Shown here piece by piece: positions 1-9,313 of a DNA stretch of 29,013 nucleotides. Made by a program: the position numbers and the translations under genes. Each line of letters begins with the position of its first letter. Positions within the stretch are counted from its first letter, which is position 1. The DNA comes from Candidatus Subterrananammoxibius californiae (GTDB lineage Bacteria; Planctomycetota; Brocadiia; Brocadiales; Subterrananammoxibiaceae): NCBI GenBank assembly GCA_030586555.1, contig JAURAC010000037.1, forward strand, positions 1-29,013. Reading direction: 5' to 3'. The notes under the pieces were generated by a model. The model searched no databases. It had not been told where the DNA came from and worked only from the letters and a program-made list of their open reading frames with translations.

Positions 1-2
1 TC

Positions 3-416
3 AACCTTCTTACCCCCATGCGCTTGAGATTTGGCGGTCATATCACAGACCATCTCGAATTTCACGTACTCATCCGTAACCTGCTCAGGCGCATCTCAAG
101 CCTCATGTATTTTCACTGCGGCGAAACCCTCGATTGCAATTTTAAAGGGCTTATTGAAAAGGCAGCACAAGTAAAGATTCACTCCTCAGAACTCAGGTGG
201 CATGATTGGGAACGCTATTCCGCGAGGCAGAACCAGCGCATGACCCTTGGCGGCTTGGTTGGCAAAATCACATACATTGGAAACCTTAACGAATTCATAC
301 CATTTATAAAATTAGGCGAATACGTCCACGTTGGCAAAGGGACAACGTTTGGGCTGGGGCAGTATGAAATTTTAGGAAACTTGTTACAAAATGATAAAGG
401 AGAATTGTATGGATGA
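3..416 (+). CDS. cas6: CRISPR endoribonuclease Cas6, C-terminal part (5' truncated by window edge)
   Basis: Frame is open from position 3 (NLLTPMRL...). C-terminal Gly-rich loop GEYVHVGKGTTFGLGQY; lies directly upstream of cas10. Confidence 0.9.
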   Translation, partial: NLLTPMRLRFGGHITDHLEFHVLIRNLLRRISSLMYFHCGETLDCNFKGLIEKAAQVKIHSSELRWHDWERYSARQNQRMTLGGLVGKITYIGNLNEFIPFIKLGEYVHVGKGTTFGLGQYEILGNLLQNDKGELYG

Positions 417-3018
417 TACTATTTATAAAATAGCTGTAGCCGGATTCTTTCATGACATTGGAAAGTTTGCAGAGCGCGGAAATATGAATGTGAGTCAGGA
501 ATTTTTAGACCGTCATGCAGCCTTATATCAGCCATGTTATAAAGGTGAATATACACATCGTCACGCTGTTTATACTGCCGCTTTCATTGATTACATTGAA
601 AAGCTCCTACCGAAGGAATTTAATAAAAGTGGTTGGGGACTTGATGACCCCTTTATAAACCTTGCTGCCGGGCACCATAAACCTGAAACACCTTTGCAAT
701 GGGTTATTGCCATGGCAGACAGGGTTAGCAGCGGTTTTGACCGAGATGAATTTGATAATTACAATAATGGAATAGCTGTCAAAGATTACAAAAAGACACG
801 ATTGCTTACCATATTTGAGGGAATTGCAATAGACGGAAAGTGGAAAGGTGATAGTCTTGAGGATTATAGTTTTAGGTATCCGCTTAAGGAGCTTTCACCA
901 GCTAATATCTTTCCGGTAGACAAAGACGAATACAGATTGCTGGATAGTGAACAAGCTTCAAAAGGATATAACGAACTATTTTTCGAGTTTGTAGCTTCGT
1001 TGGAAAAACTGGAACATAAACAAAATGTCCCCCTCTGGTTTGAGCACTTTGACAGTTTATTTGCTATTTACGCCTCCCATATTCCCGCCGCTACGGTTGG
1101 CAAGGTTATACCCGATGTATCACTTTACGACCATTCCAAGTCAACAGCCGCGCTGGCGCCTGCTATTTATTTGTATCACATGCAAAATAATTGCATGGAG
1201 ATTGAGAAAATCAAGGATTATGCGGACAAAAAGTTTTTGATTGTTACCGGTGATTTTTATGGTATTCAGAATTTTATCTTTACAGAAGGTGGAGCAACAA
1301 ATAAAGCCGCAGCCAAGCTTTTAAGAGGAAGGTCTTTTGCTGTCTCTCTTATTTCTGAACTTGCCGCTGATATGCTTTGCAGGAAGATAGGGTTGACCAC
1401 TGCCTCTATCATCCTGAATGCTGCTGGAAAATTTACCATCCTTGCTCCAAATACAAATGAAACACGGAATAAAATCAAGACAGTCGAAGAAGAAATCAAT
1501 GACTGGCTTATCAAGATGTTTTACGGGGAATCTGCCATCGGTATATCATTCATAGAGGCATCCTGCGAGGACTTTACGTCAGAAAAATTTGGTAATCTAT
1601 GGGAAAACCTCGCTAAAGAATCAGAAAAGAAAAAGTATAACAAAATCAAGCTTGAAAAATACGGTAGTGAAGTTGGAGACTATCTTGAGCAATTCAACAA
1701 CGATTTGACTGAAAAATTGTGCCCATTTTGTGGGAAAAGACCAGCAAGTCCTGAAGTTGAGAATGATTCACTCTTAGGCGAAGAGAAATCATCGGCGTGT
1801 AAAATATGCAGAGACCATATTTATATAGGTACAAATCTCGTAAAGGCATCACGGGTTGCCGTTACTAAGTTAGAAGCAGAGATCTACGGCGATAAACTCA
1901 AAGAGCCAATATTTGGCGATTATCAAGTATCCTTTGATGTTACAGGGAAACTCATTGAACTTGCAGATAAAGGTGTGCTTTTAAAATACTGGGATATTTC
2001 AATTCCCAAAGATGGAAGCATTGCAAAGGATATAACCGCAAAGTTCATAAATGGATATGTTCCTGTGTATGATGATTCAGACTTAAGTGATGAGCGTTAT
2101 TTAGCTGGCAGAAAAAGTGAGCAAAAAAAGTTAGAACTGATTGACCAGATAAAGGTAGACAAAGAAAATAAGGTACCAAAGACGTTTTCGCATATTGCGT
2201 TAAAGGCGCTGGATAAAGACACAAACCGTGGGATTGAGGCGCTTGGTATTCTCAAGGCAGATGTAGATAACCTTGGGCTCATATTTGCTTGCGGACTAAG
2301 GAGACAAACTCTTTCAAGATTAGCCACCCTGAGCAGGCAGATGAACTACTACTACTCAATTTATCTACCATATGCTTTAAGCACAGAGGAAAAATTTAAA
2401 GACATCTACACGGTCTTTGCAGGTGGGGATGACCTTTTCATGATAGGTCCCTGGAATAGGATTGTTGATTTTGCACTATTCTTGAATGATTCATTTAGGG
2501 AATATGTTTGCAACAACAGCCAGATTACCATCTCCGCGGGCATAAGTGTTAACAAACCGGGAGAGCCTATCCCTTCTATTGCTGAAAGATCAGAAGATGC
2601 CCTGAAAAAATCCAAAACAAATAAAAAGGATTCAGTAACCCTTTTTGATGAGCCAACAAAATGGAAAGAGTTTGTTGATTTAAACAAAATTAAGGAGACC
2701 GTTGAAGGATGGTTGCGCAGCGGAACCATTAATAATGCAATGCTGTTCAGGTTGAATACCTTCGCCATTTTGGCAAGGCAGGAAAAAGAGCTTCGAGATA
2801 TAAAGGAAGGGGTGAGTATGGAAGAGTTGGAATGCCTGAAGTGGCACGCAATGTTTAAATACAATCTCGTTAGAAACATTGGCAAACATTTAAAAGGAGA
2901 TGAAAAAGATAAGACTATAAAGGAGGTGGAAAAGGCAGCGGAATGGATTAAAGATTATGGTGGAGCTTTAAAGATTCCAATTTGGCAGGTCATTTATAAT
3001 CAAAGAAAGGGAGGGTAA
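409..3018 (+). CDS. cas10: Type III-A Cas10/Csm1 with HD nuclease and cyclase Palm domains
   Basis: HD motif FFHDIGK, Palm1 GDFYGIQNFIF, Zn finger CPFC...CKIC, KADVDNLG and VFAGGDDLF. Start moved to ATG 409 because SD AAGGAG lies at 397-402. Confidence 0.97.
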   Translation: MDDTIYKIAVAGFFHDIGKFAERGNMNVSQEFLDRHAALYQPCYKGEYTHRHAVYTAAFIDYIEKLLPKEFNKSGWGLDDPFINLAAGHHKPETPLQWVIAMADRVSSGFDRDEFDNYNNGIAVKDYKKTRLLTIFEGIAIDGKWKGDSLEDYSFRYPLKELSPANIFPVDKDEYRLLDSEQASKGYNELFFEFVASLEKLEHKQNVPLWFEHFDSLFAIYASHIPAATVGKVIPDVSLYDHSKSTAALAPAIYLYHMQNNCMEIEKIKDYADKKFLIVTGDFYGIQNFIFTEGGATNKAAAKLLRGRSFAVSLISELAADMLCRKIGLTTASIILNAAGKFTILAPNTNETRNKIKTVEEEINDWLIKMFYGESAIGISFIEASCEDFTSEKFGNLWENLAKESEKKKYNKIKLEKYGSEVGDYLEQFNNDLTEKLCPFCGKRPASPEVENDSLLGEEKSSACKICRDHIYIGTNLVKASRVAVTKLEAEIYGDKLKEPIFGDYQVSFDVTGKLIELADKGVLLKYWDISIPKDGSIAKDITAKFINGYVPVYDDSDLSDERYLAGRKSEQKKLELIDQIKVDKENKVPKTFSHIALKALDKDTNRGIEALGILKADVDNLGLIFACGLRRQTLSRLATLSRQMNYYYSIYLPYALSTEEKFKDIYTVFAGGDDLFMIGPWNRIVDFALFLNDSFREYVCNNSQITISAGISVNKPGEPIPSIAERSEDALKKSKTNKKDSVTLFDEPTKWKEFVDLNKIKETVEGWLRSGTINNAMLFRLNTFAILARQEKELRDIKEGVSMEELECLKWHAMFKYNLVRNIGKHLKGDEKDKTIKEVEKAAEWIKDYGGALKIPIWQVIYNQRKGG

Positions 3019-3023
3019 GAATT

Positions 3024-3503
3024 ATGGAAGTAAAATTTTATTCTGATCAAAAAAAGGAAGTTCTTAATGCAGAATTATTTTCTTCTCATGCTGAGGAGTG
3101 GGCGAAAAGTGTATGCGAGTCTGGACTGAAAGAAAAGAAAGATAAAAAAACTGGTAAGGTGAAAAAGGTTCTTGAAAAAAACAAGAGTAGTCAAATTAGA
3201 AAGTTTTATAACGAGGTTTTGAAATATACTAAGGACCTCAAAAGTGGTGAGGATTACAAGTTGATTCTACCGTATATGAAAATGTTGAATGCAAAAACAG
3301 CTTATGCAGAGGGGCGTAAACTTATTACGGATGAATTTAAATCCTTCATAAAGTTATCAATCGGGCATTTGACGGAAGACAAACCAGAGACGCTTGAATT
3401 GTTTGCGAGTTTTTTTGAGGCATTTATGGGTTACTATAAATACTATGAATCACAATATAAAGGTTCAGAGGAGGAGAAAGACAATGAAACTGACAGAAAT
3501 TAA
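3024..3503 (+). CDS. csm2: Type III-A small subunit Csm2 (Cas11)
   Basis: 159 aa helical protein with SQIRKFYNEV, AKTAYAEGR and FFEAFMGYYKY motifs, between cas10 and csm3. Confidence 0.93.
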   Translation: MEVKFYSDQKKEVLNAELFSSHAEEWAKSVCESGLKEKKDKKTGKVKKVLEKNKSSQIRKFYNEVLKYTKDLKSGEDYKLILPYMKMLNAKTAYAEGRKLITDEFKSFIKLSIGHLTEDKPETLELFASFFEAFMGYYKYYESQYKGSEEEKDNETDRN

Positions 3504-4206
3504 AAAACTTGAAGGGACAATTACTTTGAAAAGCGGTCTTCACATCGGCTCGGGTAATATGGAAATGCACATCGGCGGAACAGATAGCCCGGTCATTAAA
3601 CATCCACATACATTAGAGCCATACATCCCAGGCTCCTCGTTAAAGGGCAAGGTCAGGTCCCTTCTCGAGATGGAGAGTGGGCTGATGATTTACACAAACG
3701 GAAATGTAGTAACAAAGGAAATACTGAATAAAGTTGAGGATAAAACACTAAAACAACAGGGTGAAGCAATCCTTAAAATCTTTGGCTCAAGCGGCGCTGA
3801 TAAAGAAGATGAAACACCATTTGGTCCTACAAGGGTCTCATTTGCCGATTGCTATCTTGACGAAGGGTGGAAAGAAGAGGCAAAGAAAAACCGCTGGTTT
3901 CTCACAGAAGAAAAATCTGAGAATGTTATAAATAGGATTAAAGGAACTGCCGAACATCCACGATTTATAGAACGAGTACCCGAAGGAACAAAATTCAAGC
4001 TCCTCGTTACTTTTAAAATATTACATAAAGAAGACGAAGGTCTTTTTAATAATGTACTTTTGAAGGGACTTAAGCTTCTCGAAATGGATGCCATCGGCGG
4101 AAATGGAAGCAGGGGATACGGAAGGATTGCCATTGAGTTTAACGATAAAGCAACGAATGAAAAATTCAAAGCATTAAATCCATTCGAGGAGGTGAAGAAA
4201 CCTTGA
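3484..4206 (+). CDS. csm3: Type III-A backbone RAMP Csm3 (Cas7)
   Basis: GLHIG, catalytic-Asp motif IGGTDSPV, PYIPGSSLKGKVRSLLE, G-loop IGGNGSRGYG. ATG 3484 follows SD GAGGAG. Confidence 0.96.
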   Translation: MKLTEIKKLEGTITLKSGLHIGSGNMEMHIGGTDSPVIKHPHTLEPYIPGSSLKGKVRSLLEMESGLMIYTNGNVVTKEILNKVEDKTLKQQGEAILKIFGSSGADKEDETPFGPTRVSFADCYLDEGWKEEAKKNRWFLTEEKSENVINRIKGTAEHPRFIERVPEGTKFKLLVTFKILHKEDEGLFNNVLLKGLKLLEMDAIGGNGSRGYGRIAIEFNDKATNEKFKALNPFEEVKKP

Positions 4207-5228
4207 AGATTTATGAAATAACCATCAAACCTATTACTGGGTTTGGAACACCTTTAAAAGGGGACACAATCTTCGGGCATTTCTGCTGGCAGATTGCCTA
4301 CGATGAAAAACTAATCGGCAAGAGCCTTGACGACCTTCTTTCAAATTACCATACAAAGCCCTTTGTCATATTTTCATCCGCTTATCCAAAGCTCCGTGGC
4401 AGCTATGCCCTTAAAACACCTGATATGCCAGCCGATGACGTGTTTGAGTTACCCGATGATAAAAGAGAGCGGATTGAAAAACGAAAGGAAAACAAGGCTA
4501 AACGGTGGATGATGCTAAGCAAAGACAAAAGGTTTTCATCATTTAAGGAACTTGAATTTCTAAGAGATAAGGAATTGATAGAGTGGGCAAAGACCAATAT
4601 TTCTGAGGATGTAAAAAGGCAAATGAGAAAAAGTGAGGCGAAAGACTATATTGCCTATCTTTCTCAATCCCACAACTCAATAAATCGCCTCACAGGCAGG
4701 ACGGGCGAAGAAGGGTTCGCTCCTTTTGCCGTAGAACAGCATGTGTTCTTTCCCGAGACTGAATTGGCGTTGTTTGTAGGAATTGATGGGTCTGTAATAA
4801 ACATTGAACACGTCAGAACAGGGCTTGAGAGAATCGGCACTACTGGTTTTGGCAAGGATGCATCCACAGGACTTGGCAGATTTAAACTGGGAGAAGCAAA
4901 AGAAATAGACCTATCAAAAATGGGGAGCGATTCACCAAACGCCTGTTATACACTCTCCCCGTGTGTTCCAGAAAGCGATACTTTTGCTGAGATGTTCTTT
5001 AGTCCCTTTACAAGGTTTGGAAGACATGGGGATGTGTTAGCCAAATCGCCGAATCCTTTCAAGAATCCTGTTATCATGGCAGACGAAGGAGGAGTATTTA
5101 TCCCTAAAACCCCGGATGTGTTCAATAAACACTATATAGGGAGGGCTGTAACAAACATTTCGAAGGCAGAACCAAAAACAGTCATGCAGGGGTATTCACT
5201 TTATATCCTCGTAAGGGTGGAGGTATAG
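4203..5228 (+). CDS. csm4: Type III-A RAMP Csm4 (Cas5)
   Basis: GDTIFG, FSSAYP, HNSINRLTG and G-loop GFGKDASTGLGRF. TTG start overlaps csm3 stop, SD GAGGAGGTGA. Confidence 0.93.
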   Translation: MKIYEITIKPITGFGTPLKGDTIFGHFCWQIAYDEKLIGKSLDDLLSNYHTKPFVIFSSAYPKLRGSYALKTPDMPADDVFELPDDKRERIEKRKENKAKRWMMLSKDKRFSSFKELEFLRDKELIEWAKTNISEDVKRQMRKSEAKDYIAYLSQSHNSINRLTGRTGEEGFAPFAVEQHVFFPETELALFVGIDGSVINIEHVRTGLERIGTTGFGKDASTGLGRFKLGEAKEIDLSKMGSDSPNACYTLSPCVPESDTFAEMFFSPFTRFGRHGDVLAKSPNPFKNPVIMADEGGVFIPKTPDVFNKHYIGRAVTNISKAEPKTVMQGYSLYILVRVEV

Positions 5229-5231
5229 CAA

Positions 5232-6332
5232 ATGGAAAAACCATTAAAGGTTAGGCTTCATATAATATCACCCGTACATATAGGGTGTGATGATGTATAT
5301 GAGCCAACCAGCTTTAAGATTGATGAGGAAAACAAAAAATTAATAGCGTTTGACCCGATGGATTTCATAAAGTCCCTTTCACCGCAATATAGGCAAGAAT
5401 TTACAAAAATCTGTATGAAGGGAAATATCTCATCTATCGTAGAGATTTACAGATTTATTTCAGACAAACAGGTGAATGGTAGAGAAGTAGAAATATGCAA
5501 CGATTTTCTATCCCATTATAGAGAGGTATTAAATCTTCGTGGCGAGGTAGAAATTAGAAGAAAACTCAGTCAATTTGAAATAAGCAGGACGGCTTACAAT
5601 CCTCACAATAATTTACCCTATATCCCCGGCTCGTCATTAAAAGGGTCTCTAAGAACAGCCTATTTGAGTAAGCTTGCAAAGGATAATAAAGTTAAAGGTT
5701 ACAAAGGCAAAGCGGATGCATTAGAAAAACAACTACTCGGTGGCAGCTTTGCAACTGACCCATTCAGGATGGTCAAGGTCTCTGATTTTCTACCTGTTGG
5801 GGATGTAAAGACCAAGATTGTTTATGCAGTAAATAAAAAGAAGAAGGCATCGAAGTTTGAAGCGCGGGGACCATTTCAAATAGTTGAGACACTAAAAGAG
5901 GGCGCTGTATTTGAAGGTATAATAAACATCCAACAACCCTTATCATTACCTGAAAAGCCGCCAACGATAAAGGAACCAATCAAGATAAAGGACTTGCTAA
6001 AGGCAATAGATGATTTTTACTGGACCATAAATACTGAAGAAGAAAACGTTACTGAAGAAATCGGTGCAAAGACTGTAAATGACAGCAAGGTTAATGATAG
6101 ATTTAAAGACCATTGGGGCGCTTCAGCTTTCCTAATCCGCATAGGCAGGCACTCCGGCGCAGAGGCTGCTACCATTGAAGGAAACAGGAATATTAAAATT
6201 AAGCAGGCTGAAGGACAGCCTCCTAAATATCTTGACAGTGCTACCACCATCTGGCTTGCTTCAGAAACAAGAAAACCGACTTCTAACAACGGCCTCATCC
6301 CCTTCGGATGGGCAGTAATGGAGGTTATATAA
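5232..6332 (+). CDS. csm5: Type III-A RAMP Csm5
   Basis: ISPVHIG, PYIPGSSLKGSLRTA, DPFRMVKVSD, RIGRHSG and terminal PFGWA. Confidence 0.94.
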   Translation: MEKPLKVRLHIISPVHIGCDDVYEPTSFKIDEENKKLIAFDPMDFIKSLSPQYRQEFTKICMKGNISSIVEIYRFISDKQVNGREVEICNDFLSHYREVLNLRGEVEIRRKLSQFEISRTAYNPHNNLPYIPGSSLKGSLRTAYLSKLAKDNKVKGYKGKADALEKQLLGGSFATDPFRMVKVSDFLPVGDVKTKIVYAVNKKKKASKFEARGPFQIVETLKEGAVFEGIINIQQPLSLPEKPPTIKEPIKIKDLLKAIDDFYWTINTEEENVTEEIGAKTVNDSKVNDRFKDHWGASAFLIRIGRHSGAEAATIEGNRNIKIKQAEGQPPKYLDSATTIWLASETRKPTSNNGLIPFGWAVMEVI

Positions 6333-6577
6333 TGAAAGAGATGGTGATAGACCTATCGGAGTTTTTTAATGACAATGCCAGATTATCTGAACTTGACAAC
6401 TATATTCAAAAAGCAAAGTCGTTGGCAGGAGAGGGTAACGATGTAATATTGACGGGTGCCGCACCTGTATGGCTTTACCTTAAAATTGCCCACGTCCTGC
6501 ATGGGAAGGCTCGGAAACTGATTTATCGTTCGCCAGTTACAGGCAATGTGTTAATATTTGACCACAGCCCTTTATAG
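6332..6577 (+). CDS. csx3: Csx3/Crn3-like small CRISPR-associated protein, putative cyclic oligoadenylate ring nuclease
   Basis: 81 aa from ATG 6332, coupled to csm5 stop. VILTGAAPVWLYLKIAH...VLIFDH resembles the Csx3 pattern VVISGRGPIWL..FLAH...VVVQSH (from memory). Confidence 0.7.
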   Translation: MKEMVIDLSEFFNDNARLSELDNYIQKAKSLAGEGNDVILTGAAPVWLYLKIAHVLHGKARKLIYRSPVTGNVLIFDHSPL

Positions 6578-6626
6578 CTACCTATTTTCTATGCAAAATA
6601 AACAAAATTGATAATGGAGATATCCT

Positions 6627-7790
6627 ATGAAAAAGATACTTATCTCGCTTATAAGCGAGCAGACCATTCCAAATATCCTCGTTACTATCCATTATAAGCC
6701 TGACATCTTGTGGTTTATCTCCACCGAGCGGATGGAAAAGGAAAGAAAAACTGAGTGCATAGAAGATACCCTGAAATTGAAGGGACTTTTACCTCCAACC
6801 GTTGAAAAGGTAACCGTTGACCAGAATTCTCTGGAAGATTGTATTAACAAGATAGAAAGCCTCATTGAAAAGGTGGATAACGAGTTTGAGTATATTGTCA
6901 ATATAACTGGAGGAAATAAAGTTATGGCAATTGCCGCATACGAGATATTCAGAGAAATAGGACAGAAAGTTGTCATTGATTACTTGCCCCTTGGCACTAA
7001 CGAACTTGTGCAGATTTTCCCGAGGAAAAAGCCGTTAAAAATCTGCGAAATTAAAAAGCGATTAAACCTCGAAGAATACCTGCGCAGCTATGGATTTAAG
7101 ATTCAAAATAAAGACGAACTTCAAAGAAAAGCATCTGAATCCATCTCTCGTAAGGATGGCTCCAAATGGATTATGAACAATTATGAGCAACTTAAAGAGG
7201 TGTTAGGTTTTTTGTACAAAAATTTGAAGGAGGCAAGAAATATAAAACGTTATCCTCTATCTGCAACATATGATAGAAACCTTGCGAGCATTGAGAGTGA
7301 GATGTTAAATAAAAACGGTTTTGAAACAAAAGGCAGGCAAATCAGTAAAGATATGAATAAAGAAGAGGTGGTTTATTTAACAGGAGGCTGGTTTGAGGAG
7401 TATGTCTTTAATGAGGTCTTTGACCTTAAGCAGGAAGGTCTACTGGACGATGCAATGGTAGGTATAAATATTGAGGATTTAAGTGGTGTTCTGAACGAGT
7501 TAGACATAGCTTTTGTAAAGGAAAATATCTTTTATCATATTGAATGTAAGACATTGACTGAAGGAGAGAAGGATATAGTCAGGGATGAGGTCTATAAAAA
7601 GGGAGCAATATCAACTTTACTTGGCAAAGGTGAAAAGAGAGCTATGATTTGTACTACTCTGAACCAAATAAGTGAATCCATAACTAAAAGAGCACAAAGC
7701 TATGGTGTTGAAATCCTTCCTATTGAGCAAGTGAGAAATTTAAAGGACAAATTACGCGAAAGATTTGGAGTTCAAAAGTATAATGGTTGA
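6627..7790 (+). CDS. Card1/Can2-like (DUF1887) CARF plus PD-(D/E)XK nuclease effector
   Basis: CARF motifs SLISEQTIPN and VNITGGNKVMAIAAY. C-terminal restriction-endonuclease motifs GGWFEEYV, NELDI and IECKT. 387 aa. Confidence 0.88.
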   Translation: MKKILISLISEQTIPNILVTIHYKPDILWFISTERMEKERKTECIEDTLKLKGLLPPTVEKVTVDQNSLEDCINKIESLIEKVDNEFEYIVNITGGNKVMAIAAYEIFREIGQKVVIDYLPLGTNELVQIFPRKKPLKICEIKKRLNLEEYLRSYGFKIQNKDELQRKASESISRKDGSKWIMNNYEQLKEVLGFLYKNLKEARNIKRYPLSATYDRNLASIESEMLNKNGFETKGRQISKDMNKEEVVYLTGGWFEEYVFNEVFDLKQEGLLDDAMVGINIEDLSGVLNELDIAFVKENIFYHIECKTLTEGEKDIVRDEVYKKGAISTLLGKGEKRAMICTTLNQISESITKRAQSYGVEILPIEQVRNLKDKLRERFGVQKYNG

Positions 7791-7842
7791 CAAAACAAAG
7801 CTTATATGTAGGTAGTTAATGCGTCTTTGCGGTTCTATCCAA

Positions 7843-8841
7843 ATGGCAACCCTCTACCTAACAGAACAAGGCTCCGTATTAAGAAAGACCTCCAAACGCC
7901 TGACCGTTGAAAAGGAGGGAGAGGTATTACTCGAGGTGCCGGAATTCAAGGTGGAACGCGTACTCATTTTCGGAAACGTGCAAATCTCCACCCAGGCAAT
8001 GGCATTCTTGCTTGATAGCGGGATTGAAACCGCATTCCTCTCCATCTACGGCAGATTCAGGGGACGCCTTACACCTATGGAATCGAAAAACATATTCCTC
8101 CGCATTAAACAATACGAAAAATATCTGGACAACGCCTTCAGACTTGCTCACTCAAAGGACATCGTCAGGGCAAAACTCCAGAACGCAAGAACACTACTCA
8201 TGAGATACTCAAGAAATCATCCAGAGGTTGAACTCGAAGAAAGCAAAAAACACATCGAAGAATGCTTAGACAAGATTAACCACAAAGAAACCATCAACTC
8301 ACTCATGGGCGTAGAGGGCACCGCAAGCTCCGTCTATTTTAGAGCCTTTGGACAACTCTTTAGAAGGGAACTAAAATTTGAGGGACGTGAGCGCAGACCC
8401 GCAAGAGACCCAATCAACTCACTCCTCAGCTTTGGCTATACGCTTGTTACAAACGAACTTATTTCACTTACCTGCGCCCTTGGATTTGACCCGTACATTG
8501 GTTACCTTCATGGGCTCGAATACGGCAGACCATCCCTTGCCCTCGACCTCATAGAGGAATTCAGACACCCCATCATTGACAGATTTACCCTTTACCTCAT
8601 CAATAACCAGATACTAAAGGAACAGGACTTCGAGGACAAAGCCGAAGAAGGCGTCTTACTACTTGACAACGCACGAAAAACATATTTCCTACAGTACGAA
8701 AAATATATGGCGAGGGAAATCGAAAGTAATATATCAGATACAAAAAAGACGTATCGCGAACTCTTTAAGCTACAGGTGCACCAGTTCATGGACACCATTC
8801 AAAATGATTCAAATTATAAACCCTATTTCATGAGCGACTAA
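7843..8841 (+). CDS. cas1: CRISPR integrase Cas1
   Basis: MATLYLTEQG start, GVEGTAS..YF, RRPARDPINSLLSFGY, GYLH and LALDLIEEFR. Confidence 0.97.
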   Translation: MATLYLTEQGSVLRKTSKRLTVEKEGEVLLEVPEFKVERVLIFGNVQISTQAMAFLLDSGIETAFLSIYGRFRGRLTPMESKNIFLRIKQYEKYLDNAFRLAHSKDIVRAKLQNARTLLMRYSRNHPEVELEESKKHIEECLDKINHKETINSLMGVEGTASSVYFRAFGQLFRRELKFEGRERRPARDPINSLLSFGYTLVTNELISLTCALGFDPYIGYLHGLEYGRPSLALDLIEEFRHPIIDRFTLYLINNQILKEQDFEDKAEEGVLLLDNARKTYFLQYEKYMAREIESNISDTKKTYRELFKLQVHQFMDTIQNDSNYKPYFMSD

Positions 8842-9116
8842 TGTTTATCGTTGTTACGTATGATATAACGGATGATAAAAGGCGAACAAACATCTTCAAA
8901 ACCATGAAGGACTTTGGCACAAGGGTACAATACAGCGTCTTCGAGTGCATCCTCACGGAAAAAGTGCTTGAAAAAATGCTTGAGGAACTACTAAAATACA
9001 TCCACAAAGATGAAGATAGTATCCGTATATATACACTATGTGGTGGATGCCTTAAGAATACGCAGTTATTTGGTAAGAGTATACTCACAGAAGATGAAGA
9101 CGTATACATTGTGTAA
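8841..9116 (+). CDS. cas2: CRISPR-associated Cas2
   Basis: VVTYDITDDKRR, RVQYSVFEC, DSIRIY. Overlaps cas1 stop. Confidence 0.97.
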   Translation: MFIVVTYDITDDKRRTNIFKTMKDFGTRVQYSVFECILTEKVLEKMLEELLKYIHKDEDSIRIYTLCGGCLKNTQLFGKSILTEDEDVYIV

Positions 9117-9313
9117 TGCACCGCTAACCCAAATGTATCCCAAAACAATATACAGGTTAGCGGAAATCACTCAAACTATTAACCTGAGGCATATTACAAA
9201 GACTCAAAAGGCAAGGTAACTAAAAAATGCCTATCACAAAATATCCAGAATCGTTGACCTTAGCGGAAAGGAGGCTCCAATATGGCAAATATAAAGGAGT
9301 TATGAGGCATGAG
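9117..9313 (+). promoter_or_regulatory. CRISPR leader
   Basis: AT-rich non-coding stretch between cas2 and repeat 1. Inverted repeat CCGCTAACC/GGTTAGCGG (9121-9163), direct repeat TTAGCGGAAA, IHF-like TATAAAGGAGTTA at 9290-9302. Confidence 0.8.

Noticed and set aside
7787..7820. Internal promoter for cas1-cas2 (TTGACA at the end of the CARF gene)
   Set aside because: No convincing -10 at 16-18 bp spacing.
7843..9116. cas1 (and cas6) look C-richer than the csm genes, suggesting module exchange
   Set aside because: Impression only; needs codon-usage statistics and phylogeny.
1025..9219. Short antisense or alternative-frame ORFs inside the cas genes
   Set aside because: Shadow ORFs overlapping well-supported genes, with no motifs or SD.
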